From assembly GCF_000284115.1 (NCBI RefSeq), contig NC_017080.1, positions 390,001 through 422,000 of the forward strand: 32,000 nt of DNA, given 5' to 3'. Positions 18,773 through 27,228 of this stretch are shown in pieces. Within the stretch, counting starts at the first letter, position 1. The number at the start of each line of letters is the position of its first letter. Below the pieces are notes generated by a model, which was given only the letters and a program-made list of their open reading frames with translations, had not been told where the DNA came from and ran no database searches. The stretch comes from Phycisphaera mikurensis NBRC 102666 (GTDB taxonomy: Bacteria; Planctomycetota; Phycisphaerae; Phycisphaerales; Phycisphaeraceae). The position numbers and the translations under genes were made by a program.

Positions 18773-20470
18773 TCACCCCGCCGCAGGCGGAAGCGCAGCG
18801 TCCGCGTCCGCGGCCGCGGCGTCGGCAGCGATCCAGCCGGACATCATCACCATCGGCATGCCGGGACCGGGGTGGGCGCTGCCGCCGGCGAGGTAGAGGC
18901 CGGGCAGCTCGGAGCGGCGGTTGCCGGGTTTGAAGCCGCCGCCGAGGCGGCCGTGGCTGGCGAGGCCGTAGATGGCGCCATTGAGCACCTTGTACCGGTC
19001 GTGGATGCCCTGAGGCGTCAGCGCGTTCTCGTAGACGATGCGGTCGCGGATCCCGGCCATCCCGGCGGTCGTCTCCAGCTTGTCGAGGATCGTCTCGCGG
19101 TAGCCCCGGAAGAGCCGGCCGTCGCGGTTCCAGTCCTGCCCGGGCCGCAGGTACGGCGCGTGCACCAGCACGTACAGCGCCTCGCCGCCGGCGGGCGCGG
19201 TGAAGGTGGTGGGGTCGCCGCCTGCTTCCTCGGTGGCGGCGGTCGCCGCGAGGTACGCCGTGGGATCGGGGGCGACCTCGCCGCGGCGGTAGATGTGCTC
19301 GAACTCCTCTTCGGGATCGCGCGAGAACACGAAGTTGTGGTGCGCGAGGTGCTCGTAGCGCTTGTCGAGCCCGAGGTAGAGCACGACGCCCGAGCACGCG
19401 GGCTCGGGGTCGCCGGCACCGGCTCTGCCGTCGCGGTGCGTCTCCCCGCCGAGCAGCTCCCGCTGGGTGCGGACGCTGTCGGCGTTGCTGACGACGATCG
19501 GGAAGCCCAGCCGCGTCCCGTCGGCCAGCTCCACGCCCGCGACGCGACGCTTCCCGCGGCCGGCGCTCTCGCCGTGGATGCGCGTCACCTCGTGCTCGGG
19601 CCCGAGCCTGAAGGCGACGCCCAGCTCCTCGGCGAGCTTCTTGAGCGCCAGCGGCACCGCCCGCGTCCCGCCGCGCGGGTACCACACGCCGCGGTCGACC
19701 TGCATCGCCGCGATGCCGCAGAGGATCGCCGGCGCCTGGCCCGGGTCGCTGCCGACGTACTGCGTGTAGTGGTCGAGCATCTGCGCGACGCGGTCGTCGG
19801 GCACCATCTTCCGGACCGTGCCCGCCACCGTCGACCACATCCGCATCGCCGCGACGTCCCTCAGCGTCGAGGCGTTCATCGTGCCGCCGAAGCTGAACAT
19901 GTCCTTCAGCCCGCCGATCGACTTCCAGAAGTAGAAATCGTCGCTGATGCGGTGCAGCTTGCGGGTGTAGTCGACGAAGCCGGCGTAATCGGCGGCCGCC
20001 TTCCCGTCGCCGGTGAACCGCTCCAGCTCATCGCGCATCGCGGCGACGTCTTCTTTCAGGTCCAGGACCTGATTGCCGTCCGGCCCGTCGCTGCTGCCGT
20101 GCCGGCTCCCGCGCTTCGCGTCGAAGAAGCACCGCCACTGCGGGTCGTCGAGCCGGACGAGGTCGAGCCGTTCGTGCAGGTCCACGCCGGCTTCCCGGAA
20201 GACCCGCTCGAGCACCTCGGGCACCGTCAGGATCGTCGGCCCCATGTCGAAGCGGAAGGTCCCGCCGTCGGGGCCCTGGCCCTCCAGCCGCGCGGCTTTG
20301 CCGCCGGCCCAGGGGTTCTTGTCGAAAACGGTGACCTCGAAGCCGCGGGCCGCGAGCGTGACCGCCGCGGTGAGGCCCGCGAGGCCGGCGCCGACCACCG
20401 CGGCCCGGCGGTCGTTCCTGTTCGTGTCGGCGGCGGCGGGGGGGGGCGGCGGGGTCGCGAGCGCGGTCAT
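18773..20470 (-). CDS. CrtI-family phytoene/carotenoid desaturase-like FAD oxidoreductase (copy 2, intact)
   Basis: MTALATPPPPPAAADTNRNDRRAAVVGAGLAGLTAAVTLAARGFEVTVFDKNPWAGGKAARLEGQGPDGGTFRFDMGPTILTVPEVLERVF...LPGLYLAGGSAHPGPGMPMVMMSG. Confidence 0.9.
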   Translation of the reverse strand: MTALATPPPPPAAADTNRNDRRAAVVGAGLAGLTAAVTLAARGFEVTVFDKNPWAGGKAARLEGQGPDGGTFRFDMGPTILTVPEVLERVFREAGVDLHERLDLVRLDDPQWRCFFDAKRGSRHGSSDGPDGNQVLDLKEDVAAMRDELERFTGDGKAAADYAGFVDYTRKLHRISDDFYFWKSIGGLKDMFSFGGTMNASTLRDVAAMRMWSTVAGTVRKMVPDDRVAQMLDHYTQYVGSDPGQAPAILCGIAAMQVDRGVWYPRGGTRAVPLALKKLAEELGVAFRLGPEHEVTRIHGESAGRGKRRVAGVELADGTRLGFPIVVSNADSVRTQRELLGGETHRDGRAGAGDPEPACSGVVLYLGLDKRYEHLAHHNFVFSRDPEEEFEHIYRRGEVAPDPTAYLAATAATEEAGGDPTTFTAPAGGEALYVLVHAPYLRPGQDWNRDGRLFRGYRETILDKLETTAGMAGIRDRIVYENALTPQGIHDRYKVLNGAIYGLASHGRLGGGFKPGNRRSELPGLYLAGGSAHPGPGMPMVMMSGWIAADAAAADADAALPPAAG

Positions 20471-20478
20471 GGCCGAGC

Positions 20479-20979
20479 CTACGAGAGCAGGTCGCGGCCG
20501 AAGAAGACCAGGTCCGGGAACGCCATCGGGCTCACCGGCTCGTCCGGGCCGACGAAACGCGTCTCCGCGAAACCGGTCGGGTCGCCCCCGCGGTGGACCT
20601 GCAGGCTGTTCGTCGAGCGGTCGACGATCCACAGCTCCTCGATGCCCGCCGCGCCGAGAGGCCGCAGCGGCACGCCGGTGCCGTCCGCCGGTGCGACCGC
20701 CAGGGCGAGCAGCACGCGGTCGCCGGCGGGGCCGGCGGTGAGTCCGAGGTAGCGGTCCGAGCGTGGCACGAGCACCGCGACGTCGACCCGATCCAGCGGG
20801 CCCACCGGGCCGCGTGACTGCACCACGCCGCGCTCGCCGAGGCGGACGGCAAGCGCGTGGGCGGCCGCGGTGACGCCCATCTCGCGGGCGCGATCGGGGG
20901 CGGGCGGGGAGGCGTCGAGCGCCGCGTCGCGTTGGGGCGGGGCGGCGACCGGGGAAGCGGAACGCAGATCGGTGGCCAT
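20479..20979 (-). CDS. Uma2-like (DUF820) protein, short or divergent
   Basis: HALAVRLGERG...VDVAVLVPRS...DRVLLALAVAP...AAGIEELWIVDRSTNSLQVHRGGDPTGF; the EELWIVD-xxxxxLQVHR segment is typical of Uma2 proteins. Ends 8 nt before the crtI-like start. Confidence 0.55.
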   Translation of the reverse strand: MATDLRSASPVAAPPQRDAALDASPPAPDRAREMGVTAAAHALAVRLGERGVVQSRGPVGPLDRVDVAVLVPRSDRYLGLTAGPAGDRVLLALAVAPADGTGVPLRPLGAAGIEELWIVDRSTNSLQVHRGGDPTGFAETRFVGPDEPVSPMAFPDLVFFGRDLLS

Positions 20980-21070
20980 GCGAACAGCGTACGCCGCCGG
21001 GCCCGCACGACCCGCCCCGTCCGCGCGAGCGGCACGCCCGGGCTGCGCCCGGCATCCGTACCTTCCACGC

Positions 21071-22759
21071 ATGACCGCCCCGCACGACGCCGAAGGCCCC
21101 TCCCACGATCCGCTGGGCTTCCTCCGCGAGGCGGTCCAGCAGGACCTCGACACCGGCCGCTGCGAGCTCCCGGTCAGGACCCGCTTTCCGCCGGAGCCCA
21201 ACGGCTTCCTGCACGTCGGCCACGCCAAAGCCATCTGCATCGATTTCGGCGTCGCCCGCGCCTTCGGCGGCCCGTGCCTGCTCCGCTTCGACGACACCAA
21301 CCCCGTCGCCGAGGAGGCCCGCTACGCCGACGCGATCCGCACGGACCTCGCGTGGCTCGGCTTCGAGCCCTCGGAGATCACCCACACCAGCGACCACTTC
21401 GACGCCCTCGCCGGGCTCGCGGACCGCCTGATCGAAGGAGGCCTCGCCTACGTCGACGAGCAGCCGGTCGAGGCGATCCGCGAGCAGCGCGGGAGCCTGA
21501 CCCGGCCCGGCACGCCCTCGCCCTTCCGCGACCGCCCGGCCGCCGAGTCGGCGGCGAGATTCGCGGAGATGAAGTCCGGCGCCGCGCCCGAGGGCTCCAT
21601 GGTCCTCCGCGCGAAGATCGACATGGCGGCGCCGAACCTGAATCTCCGCGACCCGGTGCTCTACCGCGTGCTGCACGCGACGCACGCCCGCACCGGCGAC
21701 GCGTGGAAGGTCTACCCCACCTACGACTTCGCCCACGGCCAGTGCGACGCGATCGAGGGCGTCACCCACTCGCTGTGCTCGCTGGAGTTCGAGGACCACC
21801 GCCCGCTCTACGACTGGTTCATCGAGAAGCTGGGCCTCTTCCCCTCCCGGCAGATCGAGTTCGGCCGCCTGAACCTCACCCACACGATCACCAGCAAGCG
21901 GAAGCTGCGGGCCCTCGTGGACGAGGGCATCGTCGGCGGCTGGGACGACCCGCGGATGCCGACCCTCGCCGGCATGCGGCGGCGCGGCTACGCGGCGGCG
22001 GCGATCCGCAGCTTCTGCGACGAGCTGGGCGTCACCAAGTTCGTCGGGACCACCGAGCTCGCCCTGCTCGAGCACCACCAGCGGAAGCACCTCAACGAGA
22101 CCGCCGAGCGGCGGATGGCCGTGATGGACCCGATCGAGCTGGTCGTCACCGACTTCGAAGAGGGCCGGGTCGACCGACTCCCCGCCGTCAACCGGCCGCA
22201 GGACGGCGAGGAGGGCGCGACGCGGGAGCTGCCGTTCACGCGGACGCTGTACATCGAGCGCGAGGACTTCAAGGAGGACGCCAACCGCAAGTATTTCCGC
22301 CTGACGCCCGGCCGCGAGGTGCGGCTGAGGTGGGCCTACCTGGTGACCTGCACCGGATGCGAGAAGGATTCCGACGGAAACGTCGTCCGCGTGTTCGCCA
22401 CGCACGACCCCGCCTCCCGCGGCGGCAACGCGCCCGACGGGCGGAAGGTCAAGGGCACGATCCACTGGGTGAGCGCCGGGCACGCCATCGACGCGGAGTG
22501 CCGCCTGTACCGGCCGCTCTTCGCGACCGCCGATCCGGCGGAAGGGGCTGACGAGGACCCGCCCCGCGGCTGGCGCGAGAACCTCGCGCCCGACAGCCTG
22601 GAGGTGGTGACGGCGAAGGCGGAGCCGTCGCTCGCCGACGCCGGGCCGGGCGCGCCCGTGCAGTTCGAGCGCATCGGCTACTTCCACCGCGAGCCCGGCG
22701 AGCGGCCGGTGTTCCACCGCGTCGTCCCGCTCCGCGAGGACGCCGGCAAACGCGCTTGA
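21071..22759 (+). CDS. glnS: Glutaminyl-tRNA synthetase
   Basis: TRFPPEPNGFLHVGHAKAICIDFGVARAFGGPCLLRFDDTNP; YPTYDFAHGQCDAIEGVTHSLCSLEFEDHRPLYDWFIE; TITSKRKLRALVDEG class I aaRS motifs. Confidence 0.94.
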   Translation: MTAPHDAEGPSHDPLGFLREAVQQDLDTGRCELPVRTRFPPEPNGFLHVGHAKAICIDFGVARAFGGPCLLRFDDTNPVAEEARYADAIRTDLAWLGFEPSEITHTSDHFDALAGLADRLIEGGLAYVDEQPVEAIREQRGSLTRPGTPSPFRDRPAAESAARFAEMKSGAAPEGSMVLRAKIDMAAPNLNLRDPVLYRVLHATHARTGDAWKVYPTYDFAHGQCDAIEGVTHSLCSLEFEDHRPLYDWFIEKLGLFPSRQIEFGRLNLTHTITSKRKLRALVDEGIVGGWDDPRMPTLAGMRRRGYAAAAIRSFCDELGVTKFVGTTELALLEHHQRKHLNETAERRMAVMDPIELVVTDFEEGRVDRLPAVNRPQDGEEGATRELPFTRTLYIEREDFKEDANRKYFRLTPGREVRLRWAYLVTCTGCEKDSDGNVVRVFATHDPASRGGNAPDGRKVKGTIHWVSAGHAIDAECRLYRPLFATADPAEGADEDPPRGWRENLAPDSLEVVTAKAEPSLADAGPGAPVQFERIGYFHREPGERPVFHRVVPLREDAGKRA

Positions 22760-22766
22760 GACCGAG

Positions 22767-22812
22767 CCGCGGACCGCGGGCTTTTCCGGCTCGGGGAGCC
22801 GGCGGTCCGCGG
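22767..22812. repeat. Palindromic element, locus 4 (glnS-topoisomerase IB intergenic)
   Basis: CCGCGGACCG at 22767-22776, CGGTCCGCGG at 22803-22812; spacer contains an inner hairpin CCGGCTC-GGG-GAGCCGG; starts 7 nt after the glnS stop. Confidence 0.9.
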
Positions 22813-22827
22813 GGTCTACGCTCGCCG

Positions 22828-23907
22828 GTGGCGAGCCGCAAGAAGACGATCCCGACTGACGTCTTCCCCGAGGACGCGGCGCTCCACCACGCCGACGACG
22901 GCGCCCCCGGCTACACGCGGGAGAAGCGGGGCCGCGACGGCCACCGCTACCTCGACCCCGCCGGCGGCCCGCTGGAGGACGCCGCCGCGCTGGCCCGCAT
23001 CGAGGCGCTGACGATCCCCCCGGCCTGGAACGACGTCTGGGTCTGCACCGACGCCGGGGGGCACCTTCAGGCCACCGGCCGGGACGCCAAGAAGCGGAAG
23101 GTCTACCGGTACCACCCGCGGTGGAGCGAGCGGCGGAACCAGCTCAAGTTCGACCGGCTGCGCGTCTTCGGTGCCGCGTTGCCCGCGATCCGCGCCCGGG
23201 TCGCGGCGGACCTGCGCCGGCGCACGCTCGACCGCGACCGCGTCGCCGCCGTGGCCGTGGAGCTGCTGCAGCAGACACTCATCCGCATCGGCAACGAGCA
23301 GTACGCCGCCCGCAACCAGACCTTCGGCCTGACGACGCTCCGCGACGAGCACGTCGCCGCGACCACCGGCAGCCTCCGCTTCACCTTCACCGGCAAGAGC
23401 GGCCGGGACCACGACCTCACCGTCCGCGACCGCCGCCTCGCCGCGGCGGCCCTCAAGCTCTCGGAGCTGCCCGGGCACCGCTTGCTCCAGTACGTCGGCG
23501 ACGACGGCCGGCCGCACGCGCTGCACAGCGAGCACGTCAACGACTACCTCCGCGATCCGACGGGGCTGGACTTCTCCGCCAAGGACTTCCGCACCTGGTT
23601 CGGCACGGTGGGGGCCGCGTGCTGGCTGCTCGAACAGGACCCCCCGCTGACCCGGGAAGAAGGGCAGAAGCAGAACGTGGGCGCCATCCGCCACGCCGCC
23701 GCGCTGCTCGGCAACACGCCGGCGACCTGCCGCAAGTACTACGTGCACCCGCTGATCCCCGAGATGAACGCCGAGGGCTCGTTGGGGCCGGCGCTCCGCC
23801 GGCTCGTGGAGCAGATGCCCGAGGAGGCCGAAGCGGGCCTGCACCCCAAGGAAGCCGCCGTCCTGTCGCTCCTGCTCGGCGACGAGGGCGGACGCGGGTC
23901 GGCCTGA
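22828..23907 (+). CDS. DNA topoisomerase IB (poxvirus-type, bacterial)
   Basis: IPPAWNDVWVCTDAGGHLQATGRDAKKRKVYRYHPRW; IRIGNEQYAARNQTFGLTTLRDEHV; FRTWFGTV; TPATCRKYYVHPLI active-site motif. Probable GTG start. Confidence 0.92.
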   Translation: MASRKKTIPTDVFPEDAALHHADDGAPGYTREKRGRDGHRYLDPAGGPLEDAAALARIEALTIPPAWNDVWVCTDAGGHLQATGRDAKKRKVYRYHPRWSERRNQLKFDRLRVFGAALPAIRARVAADLRRRTLDRDRVAAVAVELLQQTLIRIGNEQYAARNQTFGLTTLRDEHVAATTGSLRFTFTGKSGRDHDLTVRDRRLAAAALKLSELPGHRLLQYVGDDGRPHALHSEHVNDYLRDPTGLDFSAKDFRTWFGTVGAACWLLEQDPPLTREEGQKQNVGAIRHAAALLGNTPATCRKYYVHPLIPEMNAEGSLGPALRRLVEQMPEEAEAGLHPKEAAVLSLLLGDEGGRGSA

Positions 23908-23951
23908 AGCCCCCTCTTCTCGTGCCCGGGTTCACCCGCAGGCCGCGGCCC

Positions 23952-24887
23952 TCACGCGCGGACCGCGAAGGTGTGCAGCTTCAGGCGTTCGCTGAGGGCC
24001 TCGATCACCCGCATGCCCCGGACGCTGTTGCCCTGGAAGTCGATGCGGGGGCTGAACACGCCGATGCCCATCCGGCCGGGCACCACCGCGACGATGCCGC
24101 CGCCCACGCCGCTCTTGGCGGGCAAGCCCACCTCGTACGCCCACTCGCCCGAGCGGTCGTACATGCCGCAGGAGAGCATCAGGCTCAGCAGCGCGGGCAC
24201 GTGCTCCACCGGCAGGGCTCGCACTGCGGTCAGCGGGTTCCGGCCGCCACAGGCCAGGGTGAGGCCGGCGTTGGCGAGGTCTTGCGTGCTGACCACCAGC
24301 GCGCACTGGTGGAAGTACAGCTCCAGCGTGTCCTCGACGGGGTCGTGCAGGCGGTCGTGATCGCGGAGGAGGTGCGCGATCGCCCGGTTGCGGTGCTCCC
24401 GCTCGCGGGCGCTGCCCAGCACCGCCTCGTCCACCGCCGGGCGCCGGCCGAAGTACCGGCCGAGCCGTTCCTCCAGCAACGCCTTCCGCGCCGGCAGGTC
24501 GTCCTCGCCGTCCGCGTGGACGAAGTCGGCCACCGCGATCGCTCCCGTGTTGACCAGCGCGTTGAAGGGCCGGCCCTCCTCGTCCAGCTTGCCGATCGCG
24601 TTGAAGGGCTCGCCGGTGGGCTCCACGCTCACCCGCTCGCGGACCCGCCCGGCCCCGCAGCGCTCCAGCGCGATCCCGTAGACGAAGGGCTTGCTGGCGC
24701 TCTGCAGCGAGAAACCGCTCGCGACGTCGCCGGCCTCGAATCGCTCCCCGTCGGCGTCGACCACGCTGATCCCGAAGCGGTCCGGGTCCACCCCCGCCAG
24801 CTCGGGGAGGCTGTCCGAGGGGGCGCCGTCATCGAGCGGAGCGAAGCGCTCGTGGAGTTCGTCGACGAGGTCCTGCATGCCGCGCAC
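23952..24887 (-). CDS. glsA: Glutaminase A
   Basis: [96 protein letters not shown]-type motifs. Confidence 0.93.
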   Translation of the reverse strand: [311 protein letters not shown]

Positions 24888-24941
24888 TCTGCCACATCGC
24901 TCCGCCCTGGGCCCCCCCGGGGCCGCCTCCCGTGGGCGGGT

Positions 24942-25760
24942 TCAATCGCCCGCGCCGAGCACGGCGTCGAGGAAGCGGTCGCTCGCGGCGAAGGCCGCTC
25001 CGGCCGCTCCGGCGTCGTACGCCGTCGCCTCCATCCCGTAGCCGTCGGCGGCGGGGTTGGTGAACGCGTGCTTCGCCTCCGGGTAGCTCACCAGCGTGAG
25101 CGGGACGCCGGCGGCGACGCAGGCCTCCACGAAGCCGGCGAGGGCTTCCGGCTCCACCAGCGGGTCGGCGCCGCCGTGGTACAGCGCCAGCGGCGGGTAG
25201 GTCCCCGATTCCGCCGGCGCGGCGTCGGCGGAGAGCCCGCCGTGGAAGCTGGCGCCGCCGACGATGTCCGCGCGGGCCTTCACCAGGTCGGCGACCGTGC
25301 TTCCGCCGAAGCAGAAGCCGATCGCGGCGACGTTCGCGGGGTCCACGCTGCCGGTGCCCTTGAAGGCCTCGAGCGCGGCCGTGGCCAGCTCGGCGAGGCC
25401 GGTGGACTTCGCCGCCCCGGCGAGCTCGCCGGCCTCCTCCGGGTCGTCGGTCCTCTGGCGGCCGCCGTACATGTCCGCGACGAAGGCCACGCGGCCGGCC
25501 GCGGCGAGCCGCTCGGCCTGCTCCACCGGGAAGGCGGTCATGCCCCACCACTCGGGCACGACGAGCACGCCCGGCGAGGCTTCGTCCGCGGCGGTCAGGG
25601 CGTCGTCGTAGACGAGCAGGCCGGTCGCGGCGACCCCGCCGGGGTTCTCGTAGGCGACGTCGACCCGCTGCAGCTCGGCCGAAGCGGACAGCGCGGCGAT
25701 CCAGGTGGCCACGGCGGGGAGGGCGGGGCGGGCGAGGCGGCGGAGGAGGTTGGGGCTCAT
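24942..25760 (-). CDS. Dienelactone hydrolase family protein (exported)
   Basis: GVLVVPEWWGMTAFPVEQAERLAAAGRVAFVADMYGG; VAAIGFCFGGSTV nucleophile elbow (Cys); YPEAKHAFTNPAADGYG. Confidence 0.88.
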   Translation of the reverse strand: MSPNLLRRLARPALPAVATWIAALSASAELQRVDVAYENPGGVAATGLLVYDDALTAADEASPGVLVVPEWWGMTAFPVEQAERLAAAGRVAFVADMYGGRQRTDDPEEAGELAGAAKSTGLAELATAALEAFKGTGSVDPANVAAIGFCFGGSTVADLVKARADIVGGASFHGGLSADAAPAESGTYPPLALYHGGADPLVEPEALAGFVEACVAAGVPLTLVSYPEAKHAFTNPAADGYGMEATAYDAGAAGAAFAASDRFLDAVLGAGD

Positions 25761-27016
25761 GCCGGAGGTGTAGGGGCGCCGGCGTCGGCTCTGGCGGCGG
25801 GCGGCGCCATCACCGGCACCGCCTTCGCCACGGTCACCACCGCGAGCGCACCCAGCAGGAAGGGCCACCGGCCGGCGATGAAGCCCGCCACGCCCAGGCC
25901 CATCGCCACCGACGCCGTCACCGCGAACCGGACCAGCACGCCGCGGTGCAGCGGCCCACGCCGCAGCACGCACAGCCACACGTAGGCCGGGAAGACCATC
26001 CCGTAGGCGAGCAGGAAGAGCCGGTACGCGGCCTCGCCCACCGTCGGCCCCGCCGGGCGGCCGGGGCCGGCGAGCCACGCCAGCCGGTGGTCGCCGAAGA
26101 GCACGGCCAGCAGCGCGAGCAGCACCAGCGCCGCGGGCACGAAGAGGTGCCGGCCGTCGGGGTCCAGGTCGCCGCGTTCGCGGAGGTGGCAGGCGAGCGT
26201 GAAGACGACCTGCACCAGGACGTGGAGCCCCAGCACGATCGACCACACGGGCGGGAGGGCCGGGTCCTCGCCGGCGAAGGCGGGGATGAGCAGCCCGGCG
26301 TAGAGCAGCGAGCCCACGATCATCGAGAGGAACACGCCGAGGAAGCCCAGCGTGAAGGCCGTGCGGCCCGTGGCGGCATCGGTCGCCGCGCGGGCCCGCA
26401 GGAAGGTCGCGTCGAGGTAGGGGCAGCAGGCGAAGCCCACCGCCGCCGCGAAGCCGAAGGCCAGCAGGGCCTCGGGGCCGAGCCGGTCGGGCAGCCCCGC
26501 CGGGGCCGCGAAGCTCGCCCCCAGCGAGGCGTCGGGCAGGCCCGTCATGAAGAAGAAGCACCCCCACGACAGCAGCGCCACGCCGATCGCCAGCAGCGGC
26601 AGCCTCGCCCCCCAGGCCCGCCGCCGGGCGGCGGGCAGGATCAGCGTCGGCACCGCCAGCGCCGCCAGCACCGCCGGCCCGAACAGACGGTACCCCAGCC
26701 AGAGCAGCACGAGCACGTGGAAAGCGAGCGTCACGTCCGTGAACCCGCGCACCGCCCCGGCGTGCTTCTCCCGCAGCGAGGCGGCGGCCTGCGGCGTCCG
26801 CAGCACCCACCCCATCGCCGCGGCGCCCGCCGCGTTGGGCGTCGCGAAAGCCACCCAGCCCCACAGGCCGAAGTCGCGGACCAGCAGCACGGGGAAGAAC
26901 ATCCCGATGATCCAGGTCCACGAGCAGCCCAGGAAGAAGGCCCAGAGCACGGCGGCCTCCGGGCCGCGCGGCGGGATCGTGCGGAGCGGTCGGTCGGTGG
27001 CGGTGGAGGCGTTCAC
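25757..27016 (-). CDS. Polytopic integral membrane protein of unknown function
   Basis: Many TM segments (VLWAFFLGCSWTWIIGMFFPVLLV, FTLGFLGVFLSMIVGSLLYAGLL, etc.); 4-nt stop/start overlap with the dienelactone hydrolase gene. Confidence 0.75.
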   Translation of the reverse strand: MNASTATDRPLRTIPPRGPEAAVLWAFFLGCSWTWIIGMFFPVLLVRDFGLWGWVAFATPNAAGAAAMGWVLRTPQAAASLREKHAGAVRGFTDVTLAFHVLVLLWLGYRLFGPAVLAALAVPTLILPAARRRAWGARLPLLAIGVALLSWGCFFFMTGLPDASLGASFAAPAGLPDRLGPEALLAFGFAAAVGFACCPYLDATFLRARAATDAATGRTAFTLGFLGVFLSMIVGSLLYAGLLIPAFAGEDPALPPVWSIVLGLHVLVQVVFTLACHLRERGDLDPDGRHLFVPAALVLLALLAVLFGDHRLAWLAGPGRPAGPTVGEAAYRLFLLAYGMVFPAYVWLCVLRRGPLHRGVLVRFAVTASVAMGLGVAGFIAGRWPFLLGALAVVTVAKAVPVMAPPAARADAGAPTPPA

Positions 27017-27038
27017 GGGTCGGCGGGTCGTCCGCGGC

Positions 27039-27094
27039 CGGATCCGCGGACCGCGAGCGTAAGTGAGCCCACTCGGCCACGGTCCGCGGATCCG
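27039..27094. repeat. Palindromic element, locus 5 (15-bp perfect arms)
   Basis: CGGATCCGCGGACCG at 27039-27053 and CGGTCCGCGGATCCG at 27080-27094. Confidence 0.92.
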
Positions 27095-27228
27095 CCGCCG
27101 ATCGGCGGAGCCGGTGCGTCATGCCGCGAGAAGGCCGGGGCTGCACCGGCGGGGTGCCTTCGGAGCCGCGGAAACGGGTGCAGCCTCCGGAGACTCGTTC
27201 CCTCGGCCGCTTCGCCGTGCAACCCCGC

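Larger units (their letters stand above)
17277..19040. repeat. Tandem direct repeat, three 588-bp units (17277-17864, 17865-18452, 18453-19040)
   Basis: The junction string TTGCGCCTCCGCCGGGGGGGACCCCCGGCTGCGGGTGGAGCG recurs at exactly 588-nt steps. Supplied ORFs 17275-17757, 17863-18345 and 18451-18933 show the same period. Each unit holds the 3' end of the desaturase gene plus the inverted-repeat element (outer left arm missing in units 2 and 3). Confidence 0.95.

Noticed and set aside
17277-19040. Array considered as a diversity-generating retroelement template/variable pair
   Set aside because: Differences are few, mostly silent and not adenine-targeted, and no reverse transcriptase ORF is present in the window.
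23121-25985. 954-aa plus-strand ORF over topoisomerase IB, glsA and the hydrolase
   Set aside because: Shadow ORF spanning three convincing genes on both strands; no recognisable domain.
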